64,000 bases of DNA from Eledone cirrhosa (lineage: Eukaryota): NCBI GenBank assembly GCA_964016885.1, contig OZ024749.1, positions 33,790,001 through 33,854,000 of the forward strand, written 5' to 3'. The notes under the pieces are model-generated. The model had not been told where the DNA came from. It worked only from the letters and a program-made list of their open reading frames with translations, and did no database searches. Below are positions 14,885-28,712 of the stretch, piece after piece. Each line of letters begins with the position of its first letter. The stretch's first letter is position 1. Made by a program: the position numbers and the translations under genes.

Positions 14885-15334
14885 TCATACAAATATATAT
14901 ACGGTGTGTGTGTGTGTATGTGTGTGTGTGTGCACATTCTAATTGTTATCGCGAAGAAATTGATCTGAGATGACAAAAGTAGCTACCGAAAACATACAGA
15001 ATAATAATAATAACAATAATAATGATAATGATGATGATGATCACTATGATCATTATGATGATGATGGTAATTAAGGTGATAATGATGGTTATGATACAGA
15101 TGATAAGGATGATAGTGATTACAATAATAATTATGATAATCAGAATATTATTTTTGAATACATGAAGCAAGCTTGCTGGTCGCAAATGAAGCGTATAATT
15201 ATGGCTATCTACTTTGAAGAAGAACCCACAATCTAATCATAGTTAGCTTATATTGTATATAATGTAAGCCATCAGGTCTCCAAGGCCCCTGCTTAATTTC
15301 AACGAACACGTGCAAATTATTTTAACAGTGCATT

Positions 15335-15515
15335 GATTGGCAGTATCGGTAGAGGGTTGGACGCCATGCTTTCCAGCATAGTTACGTCCCTTTACGATCT
15401 GAGTTCAAATCCCGCCGAGGTTGACTTTGCCTTTCATCCTTACGGGGTCGATAAAATAAAGTACCAGTAATGCACTGGGTAATTGCTGGCCTTGTGCCTA
15501 AAGTAGAAACAATTA
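15335..15515 (+). mobile_element. SINE family A
   Basis: GATTGGCAGTATCGGTAG (A-box-like), GAGTTCAAATCC, conserved body. Confidence 0.85.
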
Positions 15516-16607
15516 TGTAACCACATTTGGTGTCATCTCATAAATATAGTTTAGTTCATATCTCACTCGTTATGATTACCTTTCTTGGTTCTGTTATCGG
15601 ATCACCTCTTGTTTTGCTGATAGTTTTTTTTTTCATATTTCTTTGTTTGTTTTTAGCATTGTGTCTCAATTAGTGTTGTTCGTTTCATTTAACTTGTACT
15701 CTCAGTATGTGTTGAGCTTATTGGGTTTCATATTAAGTTCTTAAATAAACAAAAGTAAACAATAGGAATAAGTGTACATTAGGTTAGGAAATCTACCGAA
15801 TCCATGTCGCAGTCATTTTCTGCTTATTTTCACTTTCTCTTATTACACATATTGTGTGATTAATTCTGATCGGAAGTGAGAAAAGAGTTTAGCTGTGTTG
15901 TTGAGTTCAATGTTCACAACGAATCAAGTGCTGCTCACCATTTATATTCATGTTATCCTATTATGCTAATTCTAACATGTTAATTCTAATGAATTAATTC
16001 GTAAGTGGTCACTGAAATTATCACCTTTTTGTTACTCTAAGTGCGTAACTTTAATGAAATAAAAATGAATCGTACATACACATACGTACTTAAGATGAAA
16101 TACTAATTTTGGCGTTTCCACATGATCACAGAGTGACTTATATACAATTTTTTATACATAAACATTGCAGATACTTTCATATACGCATCTATTACATCAA
16201 CAGAGGCACTAACAGAACTATCTCTTACCCACTTTGGGGTTCTGACAGATGTCTTCTATTGTGAAAATTGGTATAGCTTTCATTATGTAAAATCACCCCA
16301 TTTTGCCTCATTTCTCCAGCCAAAAATTCGTGAAAGTTCAAATACCGCCTTTCTCCGTTTAAAATCTATATACTTTGAAAGTGCTCGATATTAAAAATCA
16401 AACGTTACTCATTAAATTAAGAATGTGATTATAATCAACATCATTTAGATACATATAATGAATTTAATGTAATTTTAAAAGTTATTTATACATTAATCTA
16501 TATTTAGTTATTCGTGAAATTCATTTGTACAGTATGTAGGCATTTCTATAGTTCTATGTACATTTGACCCTGGAAACAGTTATTTCACTAACGTTACCCA
16601 TACATAT

Positions 16608-16885
16608 GTGGAGGCACGTAGCCTAGTGGTAAGGGTGTTGGACTTGCGATCATAATGCCGTGGGTTCGATTCCTGGGTTGCGTGTTGTGTGCTTCAACAA
16701 AACACTTCATTTAACGTTGCTCCAGTATACTCAGCTGAAAATGAGTACCAGCAATAGCTGGGGGTTTAACCTTGCGATGGACTGGCATCCTGTCCAAGGG
16801 GAAGTATTGTACTCTCAGTCGCTTCACGCCATGAAACCGGGATAAGCACTGGCCAAATGAGCCTTCTGGCTTAAGATAAACTTTA
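16608..16885 (+). mobile_element. SINE family B (CORE-type)
   Basis: A-box TAGCCTAGTGG, B-box GGGTTCGATTCC; CATACATAT direct repeat on both sides. Confidence 0.8.
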
Positions 16886-16950
16886 GACTTTAGACTCATA
16901 CATATAACCCTATATGTCGGTTGTAAATATTTTTCTATTACTGTATCCTA

Positions 16951-17151
16951 GACGGGCGGTGGATTGGCAGTATCGGTAGAGGGTAAGACGCCATGCTTTG
17001 CTGCAGTATAGAGTTACGTCTCTTTATGATCTGAGTTCAAATCTCACCGAGGTTAATTTTGCCTTTCATCTTTACGGGGGTCGATAAAATAAAGTACCAG
17101 TAACGTACTGGGGTATTTGCTGGCCTTGTGCCAAAGGTAGAAACATAATTA
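16951..17151 (+). mobile_element. SINE family A with target-site duplication
   Basis: TATCCTAGA direct repeat on both sides. Confidence 0.85.
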
Positions 17152-17538
17152 TATCCTAGAAATAAATTATCCAAGTATTAAACATTTCCACGTGCCAGTA
17201 ATCAACATAAACGATAGAGTTTCGCCAATGCAGAAAATTGATTTATCAAAACGTAAATGTCGCTGGTTGTAAGATTCTTCATCCATCCAGTAATCATGCT
17301 ATGTATGACATAACCAAATCTGGACACCAGATTTCCAATACATTCAACGTTATTGCCATTCTTATTGACAACACGGAGTATATATGTATTATGTAATGAA
17401 GGAATATATAGAATATGCCTATTTATTTTACTCTACCTACCTTGTTATATTTTTCGCGTGCCATTCATAATTATGTAAACATATACGATTATATATATAT
17501 ATATATATATTTGTGTATGAATGTAGATGTATGTACAT

Positions 17539-17624
<86 letters not shown>

Positions 17625-17662
17625 CGGGGAAGATGGATGTTAAACGATGATGATGATGATGA

Positions 17663-17704
<42 letters not shown>

Positions 17705-17710
17705 TTAATG

Positions 17711-17791
<81 letters not shown>

Positions 17792-17997
17792 CGGGGAAGA
17801 TGGATGTTAAACGATGATGATGATGATGATGATGATGATGATATATATATATATATATATATATGTATTTAATGTATTTATATATATATATATATATAAA
17901 TATATATTCATATATGCTTATATATATATATATACACACAAACATTTGTGTATGAATGTATATGCACCTACATATACATATATACGTATATATATAA

Positions 17998-18034
<37 letters not shown>

Positions 18035-18054
18035 TAAATATATATTCATATATG

Positions 18055-18114
<60 letters not shown>

Positions 18115-19071
18115 AATTGGCGAATTTACATATTACCTAATTAATATCAACAAACAATAAGAGAACAATACATTCCAACACACTTTGGAAAGTTTTAAAA
18201 CACGAGCATGACAAAACTGGAAATTTCTTACCATCTATATATGAGAATGGATAGGAAAAGAAGAATTCACCACTGTAGATATAATAAATGGATCTATATT
18301 AACCATTTCATAACCTGTAGCTAGTATAACTAGCTGTTATGAATAGCACACAACTAGAATATGTAAATATCTCATATTTATCTCTTGCATAACAAATACA
18401 ATTGCGTCGTGTTTCCATATATATATATATATATATAAAGGCAACATCGGGTAAATTGTTATTTTGCTGGCTTTAATGGAAAATGGAAAACATGTTTTGA
18501 TAAAAGCTAGTTTTATATATAAAGTTGTCTATCATCAGCACACAGGATAATATACAAGTATAGAAAATCAGGTACACAAACATACACACATGTGTGGACA
18601 CGGACACACAGTCAGACACACACACATACACACACGTATATATATGTGTGTGTGTGCATATATATATATATACCTAACTGTTCCAAGGATTTCTCACATT
18701 TTCCAATATATATATATATATATTTCGTTTCTGAATTTGTTTAGCAAGATTCTTTATCTGAAATCGTGTGTTGAAACCGATATTGTTATACTTTGGGAGG
18801 GTCATGTTGCCAATAAGAAACACACGCACCAGTTGCTTTCACTTCAATGTATTATATATTTATAAATTTATAAATCTACAAATCTACAAACTTATAAATT
18901 ATAAATTTCTGGTTGGTTGGTTGGTTCCACAACCAGATAGTTGTTTATATATAGTCATAGTCCTTTCGTCACACACTCTGTGACCTCTTCAGTGACTGGG
19001 GATTCCTATCTTTGTTTCTGTGCCTTTCCTTTCTTCTGTCCTACGCCATTTTGTTTCTGTATATATATATA

Positions 19072-19144
19072 CAGGGTGTCCCTAAAACTATATACAAACC
19101 TCAACGGCTTTCTATTAAATATATGAATTCATTTTTGGAGACAT
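19072..19144. mobile_element. Small Tc1/mariner-type MITE, degenerate
   Basis: TA-CAGGGTGTCCC...GGAGACATG-TA; related to 30153-30228. Confidence 0.45.
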
Positions 19145-19463
19145 GTAAGTATGTATGGATGTATGTATGTAGCATATGTATGTATGTATGTGTGTGTGTG
19201 TTTATTTGTTTGTTGGTTGGTGAGAGTATGTGAGTGTGTGTGTGGATAATTGTGCATTAAATCATGAGATATCAATCTAGTTTTCATAACAAAATGAATT
19301 GTTTACTCAACGACTGAATTATATACCATTAATTGCCTATGGCAGGGAGTGGGGGATAATGGAACGGGTAACGTAGTTCAATTCCATCTACATATATGTC
19401 AGTCCTACCACCACTCACATACACACACGCAAACATATAAGCACACACATGTTTACACACACG

Positions 19464-19542
<79 letters not shown>

Positions 19543-19544
19543 GG

Positions 19545-19980
19545 AAGTTCTATTAAATTGTTGGGATACAACAAGCAAATATTTTTATAACTGATATAAA
19601 GCACTCAACAAATTATTGGAGTAAAAATACGATATATTAACAAATGGAAACTATATTTATAAAACCATATTTATTTCGTTATACATATTTCAAGGACACC
19701 AAGTTAAAGTATGGTGCGCTTTCATCAGATAAAATATAATATAGATCAGTTTTATAAATAAATATTGACATACCCTTAAAGAATGCGACCATTTCTCTTG
19801 GAAGCTCCCGGATATTGTCGCATTCTTTAAGGGTATGTCAATATTTATTTATAAAACTGATCTATATTATATTTTATCTGATGAAAGCGCACCATAATTT
19901 AACTTGGTGTCCTTGAAATATGTATAATGAAATAAATATGGTTTTATAAATATAGTTTCCATTTGTTAATATATCGTATA
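19545..19980. mobile_element. Family H5 fold-back copy (variant subfamily)
   Basis: Inverted arms centred near 19800; hammerhead at 19870-19934. Confidence 0.75.
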
Positions 19981-20350
19981 TATATATATATGTGTGTGTG
20001 TATATATATATATTCATTTAGGTTTGTATATATATATGTTTATTTAGGTTCACCACTGGATAGAACTGGTCATGCCATATAGTCACCCGTGATGACTTAT
20101 TGGTAGGAAAAGCACTCGACGTTATGCAACTCATCCATCTTCGTTATGTTGAATCTTGTTGGTGTTTCGAGAAGGGAGTTAATTATTTGTTTCTACTTTA
20201 GCCACAAGGCCAGCAAATTACCCAGTTCATTACTGGTACTTTATTTTAAATGACAGGAGGCTGGATTGGTGATATTCCTTCAAAGATTTATTTTTTCGGC
20301 TCCCTTTCAATTTCAGTCCAGCCCCCTCTCAATTTACTCAATAATATATG

Positions 20351-20474
<124 letters not shown>

Positions 20475-20631
20475 GTAATAATAATAAATGTGAAAACTAA
20501 AATCCGAAGAGGGCTCGATAACGATTTTATATACACTTCTGCGTCCACAGATCGATTTTCTTAGTTTCAGAAATCCCGTTAAGGGTGAAAGCACCGATTC
20601 TTTGCTTGAACTTTAATCTTTTATCTTAATA

Positions 20632-20681
<50 letters not shown>

Positions 20682-20685
<4 letters not shown>

Positions 20686-20868
20686 AACGAGTAGGACCCC
20701 GACGGCTGAGCTCAGGCCGTTTCGACGGCTAATTCCAGAATTAGCCGTCGAAACGGCTTGAGCTCAGCCGTCGGGGTCCTACTCGTTCCTATTACCCACT
20801 CTACTACCCTAAGTATTGAGTACTTTGGTGCGTTATGGTCCACCTGGTTCCTTACCACATTTCCTTCG

Positions 20869-20871
<3 letters not shown>
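20682..20871. mobile_element. Family H3 fold-back copy
   Basis: Inverted GACGGCT...AGCCGTC arms, flanked by (TA)n. Confidence 0.75.
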
Positions 20872-20934
<63 letters not shown>

Positions 20935-21163
20935 TGAGGTAATAGAATTTTCCGAGTTCCTAATGTGATATATGTATCTCTACTATATCCTCGGGTTAGG
21001 TCCGTGCCTTGAAATATTGTAGATAGAAACTGCGTGGAAGCCCGTAAGAATGATTGTAATTCGAATGTGCAAACTTGTCATATATTATTATCGCCCTGGT
21101 TCGGCTTGGGGATTACATTAATCCAAGTTTAATTGATCGAAACTGACCGAGGATCTATTTTTT

Positions 21164-21346
21164 GGATTGGCAGTATCGGTAGAGGGTCGGACGCCATGCT
21201 TTCCAGCATAGTTACGTCCCTTTACGATCTGAGTTCAAATCCCGCCGAGGTTGACTTTGCCTTTCATCCTTACGGGGGTCGATAAAATAAAGTACCAGTA
21301 ATGCACTGGATAATTGCTGGCCTTGTGCCTAAAGTAGAAACAATTA
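21164..21346 (+). mobile_element. SINE family A
   Basis: Nearly identical to 15335-15515. Confidence 0.85.
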
Positions 21347-22619
21347 TTTTGATTACATTCTAGATATTGGTTTCATCCAATAATGTCTCTATTATTTCCA
21401 TCACATGTACAATTCTTGTCTAATAATATATCCAAACTCATAAGAATACTGTTATCATCAACATTTTTATTTTCATTTAACCGTTTATGTTTTTACCACA
21501 ACGGCACCCTACTGGAGTGAAGAATTGTGATAGATGTGGTAAACTACATCTTGAAAACCTTAGAAACATACGAGCACAAATATTCTTCTATGTTTAAGAT
21601 ACAACGAAACTCAATATCTCTTCCTCTCAGTAACAAGTCGAAACTCCTGTCTTTTTTGTGTTAGATACGATGAGACTCAATATCCCTTCCCCTCGCAGTA
21701 ACACGTCGAAACCCCTGAATTATTGTAAATGAAGCAAAGAACGCTGTTGGATGTAGAGAACGCTGTTGAATTATCAGATTCCTTTTATCCATTTAAGAAC
21801 CTTACATCCCGGGACTCCAGTAAAACTGATAGCAGTTGCTCTTGTACAGTCATATTCATATCAAAGCGTGTGAACCACTAATATAGCGAAAATAATTATA
21901 TAATTTGTTATAACACTTCCTGTGTCGTTATGCAACTATTAAACCTCAAAGATCTAAAGGGATAACAAAAACTAAAGACATGACCATAAAAATACGGGTG
22001 TATATATATATATATATTTATATTCAATTCTGTAGAAATAGAATGTAATATCATCCCACGGGGAACAGAAGGCCAATCACCGAATTTAATGAAAATCTAT
22101 GGATAAAATCTTTTGGTAAATATTTCTCATAACTTATCTTAAATATCAGAAATCTAAGAATCAATCTATTTAATCACAATGTTATACATATATATAATAT
22201 TACATAGCTGATTCGGTTGTTGAAATATCACGGACAAGTTCGCTTAGATAACGTAATTTATGTTAGCTGATATATCAGAAAGATTTCACATTGCTTGTTC
22301 CATTCCTCCTTTCTATAATTTTTCTTTTCTTCTAACCGGAGTGAATTCGTACAAAGTACACAGTAATCATCAATTATAGTGTCTACCCACTATCTTGTAA
22401 GGGTGAGCAGTACTTATACGCGTACATACTTAATTTATCTGCTATGGAAACCGGTATTATCTCGTCATTCATTCCCCTCTCCCGTTAAATATTTTAATCA
22501 GAGAATGTACTGCAGTGACCGTAACGGATTGCAAAACATCGACCTCTCAATAGACAGGCCATTAATCCAGTCACTTACTGGGCTAGCTGAGATTCTCAAT
22601 TAAATATATACGATTCATG

Positions 22620-22726
<107 letters not shown>

Positions 22727-22734
22727 ATCTATGA

Positions 22735-22781
<47 letters not shown>

Positions 22782-22787
<6 letters not shown>

Positions 22788-22988
22788 ATACTTTGGGAGG
22801 GTCATGTTGCCAATAAGAAACACACGCACCAGGTGCGTGTGTTTCTTATTGGCAACATGACCCTCCCAAAGTATAACATCTGGTGCGTGTGTTTCTTATT
22901 GGCAACATGACCCTCCCAAAGTATAACAATATCGGTTTCAACACACGATTTCAGATAAAGAATCTTGCTAAACAAATTCAGAAACGAA

Positions 22989-22990
<2 letters not shown>
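22782..22990. repeat. (TA)n-embedded repeat with fold-back plus tandem duplication
   Basis: GGGAGGGTCATGTTGCCAATAAGAAACACACGCACC once forward, then twice reversed; family also near 11600-11690 and 18720-18860. Confidence 0.8.
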
Positions 22991-23020
<30 letters not shown>

Positions 23021-23108
23021 GATTCATAGATGGATATATATAAATATATATTTATATATATATATATATATATACACATATATATATACACATATATATA
23101 TGTATATA

Positions 23109-23155
<47 letters not shown>

Positions 23156-23308
23156 ATATGTATGTATATATTGTGCGTGTGACAGGGAGAGAGAAATAAT
23201 TGATAGTTGAATGCATCGATAGAAGAACGAATATGTTAGAATACACATACTGCATATATATGTATGGAATACTGTTAGCTTCTCGCTACAACAATTTCTA
23301 TACTTTTC

Positions 23309-23833
<525 letters not shown>

Positions 23834-23943
23834 ATACAAACATACATACATACATACATACATACATACATACATACATACATACATACATACATACATA
23901 CACACATACATACATACATACATACATACATACATACATACAT

Positions 23944-26900
23944 AAAATGGCGACCGTTGTGGTCAGTGTCCGATAATCGGACGTGTGTAATTACGGCTTA
24001 CATGAAGGCAACATACCATATATTGGAAAAAGTTGAGCTACATTACGCGGTAAGATTACATACAATAATTCTACATAAATGTTTGAACTGTAAGTGTGTT
24101 GTAAAACACCTATTTATATGAACGATACATACACTTATGATATATGAACGATACATACACTTTAACATATAAATGCAACGTTGTTATATTACATTTATAA
24201 AGAAATATTGCATTTATATAAAACACAGTTGTAGAATTAAAAACTAACTGAAAAGAAATATTACTCAAGCTGTGAATAACTTTAAATTTGATTCTGACAG
24301 AACTTTGTCGTAACTTTTAAAGATCATCGACTATTTTAAAAAATAAATACGAAATATTAGTGAATAGACGAACTCATCATGGCAAAAAGTACAAGTCTCC
24401 TTCGACCAAATCGCAATTACAACCGTTGTACACAGTGGACCTACGAGCTTAACAAAGTATTATATGAAGCATACAAACAATCTGAACCCCAAAAGTTCGG
24501 TTTTATGCAAAGGCTAAAAACTTTATGGAACTCCAAACACCCAGAATTAGACTTTTCTCCAAAGCATTTAAATGAACAGGCAAAACGTATCATTAGATGT
24601 AAATTGATACATCTAACGGAATCGAGTGATACTACAAATACAGCCCTTGTAGACAACCACCCCACCTCCACTGACAGACAAAGAGAATGTCCAGCTAAAT
24701 CTAACAGTGAACAGCTCACCAACAATTTTGCTGAAATTCATCCCACTTCCACTGAAGAACAGCGAGAAAGGTCAGCTGACTCTAGTAGTAATTGTCACCA
24801 CATCAACAACGAGGCTGAAATTCATGACTCTACTGAACAAACAGAGCACCAAAAACTTGTGGGCTCCCTACAAGTGATATGGAATGATATGTTTCAAGAG
24901 ATACACAGCCTTAATGTGAGTGACAGACCATACAACACTAGAGTCAGTAAAGAACCCACTAAATTGGAATTGGAAGCGGTGAACGAAATAGCTGGCAATT
25001 ATCTGAAGGCTATACGATCTAAAGGTGTAGAAACGACATTTGAAACGCTTAATGTTTTGTTATATGTTTCAGCTGTCACATTGCTAGCATATAACACACA
25101 TCTAAAACCACGCAATCAAGATACAAACAGAAAGCCTGAACCAGCGTGGATGCGAAATTTAAAAACCAAAATTTTGTCCCTGAGACGAAGTATCTCACAC
25201 ATCGCAGTCGTTATGAAATGCAACATAGAGAGCAACTTCACACAACACCAGGAAGACCTAAAGAAAAAGTTAGAGAGAAGATTTGGAGATACAAAATTTA
25301 AAACTTTGAACTCCAAATTACACCAGTTGAAACAACAACTCACAGCTACAACAGAAAGACTAAAATATAAGTCAACAGCCCATAAACGACAAGTGCTAAA
25401 TAGATTGTTTGCCAGAGATCCTAAATCAGTTTATCGCAGCTTCGGTGGCAAAAGCTCAATCTCTGTAAATGACACCCCTTCAAAAGAACAGGTTGAGAGC
25501 TACTGGAGATCTGTATGGGAAACGGATGACGGATTCAACAGACAAGCTAATTGGCTAAAAGAACTGGAACAGGACTACTGCCAACATGTCCAGACAAAAC
25601 AATATGACATAGATGGGTCAATACTGGAAACAGCTCTACAGAAAATGTCGAATAGGAAATCACCAGGCCCAGACCTCATTACAGGATACTGGTTGAAGAA
25701 TTTCACTTTCTATCGGCAAGATCTCATACGGCTGTTTACAGAAACCATTAAGGGCACACAAGAACTGCCCAGATGGTTATCAACTGCCTCTACTCTCCTC
25801 ATTCCCAAAAATAGCCAAACCACCCTTGCTAAAAATTACCGCCCAATTGCCTGCCAAAACATCATGTATAAATTATATACTGGGTGCCTTAACCTGTTCT
25901 TACAGGATCACTGTGCTACCAACAACATCATAACACCTGAGCAAGCTGGTGGAAAGAGGGAGGTGTGGGGTTGCATAGATCACCTACTAACTAACAAAAT
26001 GATTCAGGAAAAAACAACAAAGAATCGCAGAAACATGACTGTCGTGTGGCTGGACTATCAAAAAGCATTTGATAGTGTACCTCATGGGTGGATTGTTAAG
26101 GCTTTACAGTTAGCTAAAGTCCCACAACCATTGGTAGCTGCTGTTGAACGCCTGACCAAGAACTGGTACACCAGTTTGATCCTTAGAGGTGAGAGGGAGC
26201 AGGTTAGGACTGATAAGATACATTACCAGAAGGGCATCTTTCAGGGTGATAGCTTGTCGGTGCTACTCTTCGTTCTCTCACTGAATCCACTATCTTACTT
26301 ACTCAGGAAACAAGGTCGACAAAGAAGTGGGACCAGAAGTATCTCCCATCTTTTCTTTGTTGATGACCTGAAGTTGTATGGGCCAAATATCAATGACATC
26401 AAGAAACAATTGGACCTCATTACACAATTTTCAACCGACATCAAAATGAAATTTGGTGAGTCCAAGTGTGCATATTTGGCAGTAAAACGTGGAAGAGCTG
26501 TGCCCTCCTCTAGAAATCTAGAGATGAACGGCCTGACAATACAACCTCTGCAGTCAGGTGACAACTACAGATATCTTGGACAGGATGAGAATGTCAGATA
26601 TGATGGACCCATAAATAAGGAAAAAACCAGAACTGAATACCTCAGAAGAGTAAAGAAAATATGGTCATCAGAACTGTCAGCATACAACAAATACATTGCC
26701 CACAATACTTATGCTGTGCCAATTCTAACGCCAACATTTGGCCTACTGAACTGGTCATTGCAAGAACTAAGTGAGATGGATGTTAGAACTCGAAAACTTC
26801 TCAGTGTTACTGGGAACTTTAACATCAATGGTGATGTGGATAGGCTATACTTCTCACGCAAGGAAGGTGGCCGGGGTCTAAAATCAATATTAACAACATA

Positions 26901-27968
26901 TGAGACCCGGATAGTGACACTGAAGCAACACCTTCAACAGAGGAAAAAGGTTGGCAACCATCTTGCCCAGGTTTATGACCATGAAAAAAGAAATATCATT
27001 AGAATAGCGACTGATCTGGAGGAGAGATATGGAATAAAGCCCGATATAAATCTCTCACCCAGAGAAATCGGAAGATCCTATTCAATGTTCAAACAAGAAA
27101 AAAAAATTGACCAATTTACAGAAAAAGTTGTGCATGGATACTTGAGGCGTAAAACACAGACCATAGAGGGGATAAACCACTCAAAAAGCCTGGCATGGAG
27201 TTCCGACAAGTTTATGACATCACACCTTGAGGGATATCTCTATGCAATACAGGAACAAGAACTCCCTACCAAATATCTGCTGCACAAAAGAGGAGGGCCA
27301 GCAGCTGACAATAAATGTAGGCTATGTAAAACAAAGATCGAGGATGTAAGCCACATTGTTGCCAGCTGCGAAAGAATGTCATCTCGCTACTACCTCCCCA
27401 TGAGACACGATGGGATAGCTAGAACCATCTGGAACGCACTTCGGAAAACAAAATTAACAACAAACGAGGAAGAATATATTGAGACAGATGGCACTAAGGA
27501 ATACTGGTGGAACCTGAAAATAAAAACTGCCACCAGATTAAAGCACAACCGGCCTGATATTGTAGTTTGGGACCACACATTGAAAACGTGTTCTGTTGTG
27601 GAGATCAGCTGCCCACTTGATGTAAACGTTGTCAGAAAAATACAGGAGAAGGAGGACATCTACGGACCATTGATGAGGAGTTTACAAATCCAGTATCCAA
27701 GATACACCTTTAGCTTCATACCCATCATTATTGGTGCTACGGGTTATATACCAACCCGCTTGGACCAAAGTATGACTGAACTTGGATTTGCGGACAAAAA
27801 GCGCAGCTCCCTAATTCATAGTCTACAAATGGCTGCGATAGCTGGCACCTTCAAAATTTGCAAAACATTCTTGCGATTCAAGGGATGACAATTTCTTTTC
27901 TTTTACAACCTTGCCACCAGGAAGGTGGCCGGTCAAAAAAATATACTCAAAATTAAGAGAAAGAGAAA
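23944..27968 (+). mobile_element. Apparently full-length R4/Dong-clade non-LTR retrotransposon inserted in (CATA)n
   Basis: Single intact ORF, ~435-bp 5' UTR, short A-rich 3' UTR with GCCACC/GGTGGC hairpin (27913-27929); (CATA)n at 23840-23943 and 27969-28000. Confidence 0.88.
24379..27888 (+). CDS. Reverse transcriptase / restriction-like endonuclease polyprotein (1169 aa)
   Basis: N-terminal W..E....Y...GF..RL..LW...EQ..RI Myb-like region; RT motifs KSPGPD, NYRPIAC, DYQKAFDSVPH, GIFQGDSLS, FVDDLKLY; GGRGL; CRLC..E..HIVASC knuckle; RHD; RPDIVVWD..VEISCP..KE endonuclease. Confidence 0.95.
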   Translation: MAKSTSLLRPNRNYNRCTQWTYELNKVLYEAYKQSEPQKFGFMQRLKTLWNSKHPELDFSPKHLNEQAKRIIRCKLIHLTESSDTTNTALVDNHPTSTDRQRECPAKSNSEQLTNNFAEIHPTSTEEQRERSADSSSNCHHINNEAEIHDSTEQTEHQKLVGSLQVIWNDMFQEIHSLNVSDRPYNTRVSKEPTKLELEAVNEIAGNYLKAIRSKGVETTFETLNVLLYVSAVTLLAYNTHLKPRNQDTNRKPEPAWMRNLKTKILSLRRSISHIAVVMKCNIESNFTQHQEDLKKKLERRFGDTKFKTLNSKLHQLKQQLTATTERLKYKSTAHKRQVLNRLFARDPKSVYRSFGGKSSISVNDTPSKEQVESYWRSVWETDDGFNRQANWLKELEQDYCQHVQTKQYDIDGSILETALQKMSNRKSPGPDLITGYWLKNFTFYRQDLIRLFTETIKGTQELPRWLSTASTLLIPKNSQTTLAKNYRPIACQNIMYKLYTGCLNLFLQDHCATNNIITPEQAGGKREVWGCIDHLLTNKMIQEKTTKNRRNMTVVWLDYQKAFDSVPHGWIVKALQLAKVPQPLVAAVERLTKNWYTSLILRGEREQVRTDKIHYQKGIFQGDSLSVLLFVLSLNPLSYLLRKQGRQRSGTRSISHLFFVDDLKLYGPNINDIKKQLDLITQFSTDIKMKFGESKCAYLAVKRGRAVPSSRNLEMNGLTIQPLQSGDNYRYLGQDENVRYDGPINKEKTRTEYLRRVKKIWSSELSAYNKYIAHNTYAVPILTPTFGLLNWSLQELSEMDVRTRKLLSVTGNFNINGDVDRLYFSRKEGGRGLKSILTTYETRIVTLKQHLQQRKKVGNHLAQVYDHEKRNIIRIATDLEERYGIKPDINLSPREIGRSYSMFKQEKKIDQFTEKVVHGYLRRKTQTIEGINHSKSLAWSSDKFMTSHLEGYLYAIQEQELPTKYLLHKRGGPAADNKCRLCKTKIEDVSHIVASCERMSSRYYLPMRHDGIARTIWNALRKTKLTTNEEEYIETDGTKEYWWNLKIKTATRLKHNRPDIVVWDHTLKTCSVVEISCPLDVNVVRKIQEKEDIYGPLMRSLQIQYPRYTFSFIPIIIGATGYIPTRLDQSMTELGFADKKRSSLIHSLQMAAIAGTFKICKTFLRFKG

Positions 27969-27999
<31 letters not shown>

Positions 28000-28297
28000 C
28001 AGATACTATGAAAAACTTTATTTTGGATGAGTTCAGGCGAACTATCATAATTAATGCTTAGAAGAAATTGTCTACACATTGATATATTACTATTTGTATA
28101 AACAGTAGAGTTGGTATACAATATATGTTATATCGTATTTGTTCATATGTTATATGAATAAGCAATGAATTTTCGTACCAGGGTTAATATTATCAAGGTT
28201 ATCATGTTAAGTTGATGGATTACTGTCAGGGTAGTATCAGCATTTAATATGATCTATAGGTTAAGAAGTGATGGATATTGGATGTTCGATATTAGTT

Positions 28298-28712
28298 GGT
28301 GGATTGGCAGTATCGGTAGAGGGTGGGACGTCATGCTTTGCAGCATAGAGTTACGGCCCTTTGTGATCTGAGTTCAAATCCTGTCGAGGTTAACTTAGCC
28401 TTTCATCTTTACGGGGTCGATAAAATAAAGTACCAGTCACGCACTGGGGTCGATTCAATCGACTTTCCCCTCCCAAAAATTGCTGGCCTTGTGCCTATAT
28501 AAAAAACCAATATTAGTTGGATTGGCAGTATCGGTGGAGCGTCAGACGACATGCTTTAAGGCATAGAGTTACGACCCTTTACGATCTGAGTTCAAATCCT
28601 GCCGAGGTTAGCTTTGCCTTTAATCCTTACGGGGTCGATAAAATAAAGTACCAGTAATGAACTGGGGTCGAATTAATCGACTTCCCCATCACAAAAATTG
28701 TTGGCCTAAATC
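28298..28712 (+). mobile_element. Two tandem SINE family A copies
   Basis: 28298-28510 and 28517-28712; ATATTAGTTGG repeated at both starts. Confidence 0.85.

Noticed and set aside
14946-15185. Ile-rich membrane protein ORF
   Set aside because: It is a translation of degenerate (ATA)n/(ATG)n trinucleotide repeats.
15335-15420. tRNA genes at A/B-box motifs
   Set aside because: No full cloverleaf is evident and each continues into a SINE body.
24441-27659. Antisense ORFs within the retrotransposon
   Set aside because: Short shadows of the long plus-strand ORF with no recognisable motifs.
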